Virus record (IMG/VR): IMGVR_UViG_3300036766_002181
Span: 1 to 64,000 of that record
DNA: 64,000 bases
Reading direction: 5' to 3' (one strand)
The notes under the pieces are model-generated. The model made no database searches, was not told where the DNA came from, and saw nothing but the letters and a program-made list of their open reading frames with translations. Below, piece after piece: positions 62,958 through 64,000 of this stretch. The translations under genes were made by a program, and so were the position numbers. How positions within the stretch are numbered: position 1 is the first letter of the stretch; each line of letters starts with the position of its first letter.

Positions 62958-63813
62958 CTAAAGATATGGTTGGTTTCCAGTCTGTAAAGGCCTTAAGGGC
63001 AAACCCCGGCTCTATCTTGGCATCCTTTTGAACTCTGTCTTTCTTTTGTGCAAATATCAGCTTGCACTTTGTTGCCTTTTCAAACATTTTAGCAAGGTCT
63101 TTTATTTTAACCCATTCTCCTGAAGAAATCTCAAAGGCTGATAAGTTGTTTGTTTTTAACCAGGTTTTTACATGCCTCTGCTTGTTGGCAAGTCTGATTA
63201 AGGCAGAGCAGGCATCTTTAACGTGCAAAAACTGTCTAGACTCTTCTCCGTCGGTTCTCGTTTCTATTTTGCCATTTTTTAAAGCAGAGATTGCAAAATC
63301 ATTCATAACATGATTTTTTTCTTTCTCATCAGGATGTTTATAGTTTATTCCATAAATGTTCCAAAATTGAACAGAGATCCCATCAACAGAGCCAACATAT
63401 CTTTCTCCAAGCAGTTTTAAAAGACCGTATGTTGACTTTGGAATTTTTGTCATCATGGTAGAAGTAAAAATAACAAGCTTATTTTGTTTCTTAATTTCAG
63501 CAAAAACGTTTTTCATTATTGAAATATTGTTTTCAATAAAGGCATATTCGTGTTCGTGCTTCTCAAGATAGTTTGCCCCGCCTACATCAAAGGCCAAGAA
63601 ATAAACCACGTCTGACTTTTTCATTAGACTTCGTAGAAGTTTTTTTGATGATTCCTTGGAAAGGTCTTGCCTAGTTTTATTATTTCTAATATCAAACTCA
63701 TGTACATTAAAGCCTTTTAGCCCAAGTTCCTGAACCAGATGTGAGCCAATTAGACCTTCGGAACCCAGGACAAGGGCAGAAGGTTTTTTTACTTTGTTTC
63801 TTTTGTGCTTCAT
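62905..63813 (-). CDS. NAD-dependent NDP-sugar epimerase/dehydratase (extended SDR)
   Basis: LGSEGLIG, YFLA, YGLLK (YxxxK), NIYG, RQFLHVKD. Confidence 0.9.
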   Translation of the reverse strand: MKHKRNKVKKPSALVLGSEGLIGSHLVQELGLKGFNVHEFDIRNNKTRQDLSKESSKKLLRSLMKKSDVVYFLAFDVGGANYLEKHEHEYAFIENNISIMKNVFAEIKKQNKLVIFTSTMMTKIPKSTYGLLKLLGERYVGSVDGISVQFWNIYGINYKHPDEKEKNHVMNDFAISALKNGKIETRTDGEESRQFLHVKDACSALIRLANKQRHVKTWLKTNNLSAFEISSGEWVKIKDLAKMFEKATKCKLIFAQKKDRVQKDAKIEPGFALKAFTDWKPTISLDVGVKEALSYYDTSFNR

Positions 63814-64000
63814 GACTCTTTTGACAAGATGTTAAGGTAATTTTCAGCGCCCTGTTTTAGGGTATGATTCTTTAAAATATAGTCTCTTGGAGAATATGTT
63901 TTTAAATTTGATAAAAAGAAGTCAAATTTTTCTTGCCGAAAAGAGGAGCGAATTGGTTCTTCGTCAAAAACATAGCCACAAAATTTATCGTCAAAATAGG
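63810..64000 (-). CDS. 3' end of a probable glycosyltransferase-like gene, truncated by the window
   Basis: CGYVF...FDFFLSNLKTYSPRDYILKNHTLKQGAENYLNILSKES*, with the stop overlapping the next ATG (ATGA); possible frameshift near 63980. Confidence 0.45.
   Translation of the reverse strand, partial: YFDDKFCGYVFDEEPIRSSFRQEKFDFFLSNLKTYSPRDYILKNHTLKQGAENYLNILSKES

Noticed and set aside
1-64000. Stop-codon reassignment (TAG or TGA), as in some huge phages
   Set aside because: Long conserved genes are intact in the standard code and end at TAG (e.g. terL at 14231, sigma at 54844) or TGA; the one in-frame TAG at 5720 is isolated.
1-64000. CRISPR array, diversity-generating retroelement, group I/II intron, IS element
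   Set aside because: No regularly spaced repeats, reverse transcriptase, template/variable repeat pair, interrupted core gene or transposase seen by eye; the TnsA-like ORF at 25279 fits the gp4 head-completion family and has no transposon context.

Overview
AT-rich (spot counts about 30-36% GC), densely coding, mostly minus-strand segment of a large (jumbo/huge) contractile-tailed phage genome, read in the standard genetic code. From left to right: (1) an accessory region (1-14.2 kb) with a ClpP-like protease, a PPP-family phosphoesterase, two different zinc deaminases, a fatty-acid-hydroxylase-family enzyme, an R2K ATP-grasp protein, an HNH nuclease, a DUF3307 protein, two proteins sharing an N-terminal module, and an expanded family of small L-x-P-G-x-L-Y proteins; (2) a packaging/recombination block (14.2-25.8 kb) with a T4 gp17-like large terminase carrying two LAGLIDADG inteins, a fused Mre11-Rad50 (SbcD-SbcC), a primase, a RuvC-like resolvase and a gp4-like head-completion nuclease; (3) a roughly 27 kb baseplate/tail structural block with LamG and Fn3-like proteins and gp6-, gp25- and hub/spike-like genes; (4) a CCA-adding enzyme, a sigma-like factor and a glycan cluster of at least five glycosyltransferases, a sulfotransferase and an NDP-sugar epimerase. 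The strongest system-level hypothesis (inference) is a phage-encoded virion glycosylation/sulfation pathway, with an enriched [ST]-[GA]-S motif in a subset of baseplate proteins as candidate acceptor sites. Also seen directly in the sequence: sigma70-type promoters abutting start codons (near-leaderless), a recurrent ATATTTA motif upstream of late-type genes, a probable ACG start codon, and two small broken genes missing from the ORF track. No tRNA, rRNA or CRISPR array was recognised. All family assignments come from motif recognition by eye, not database searches.
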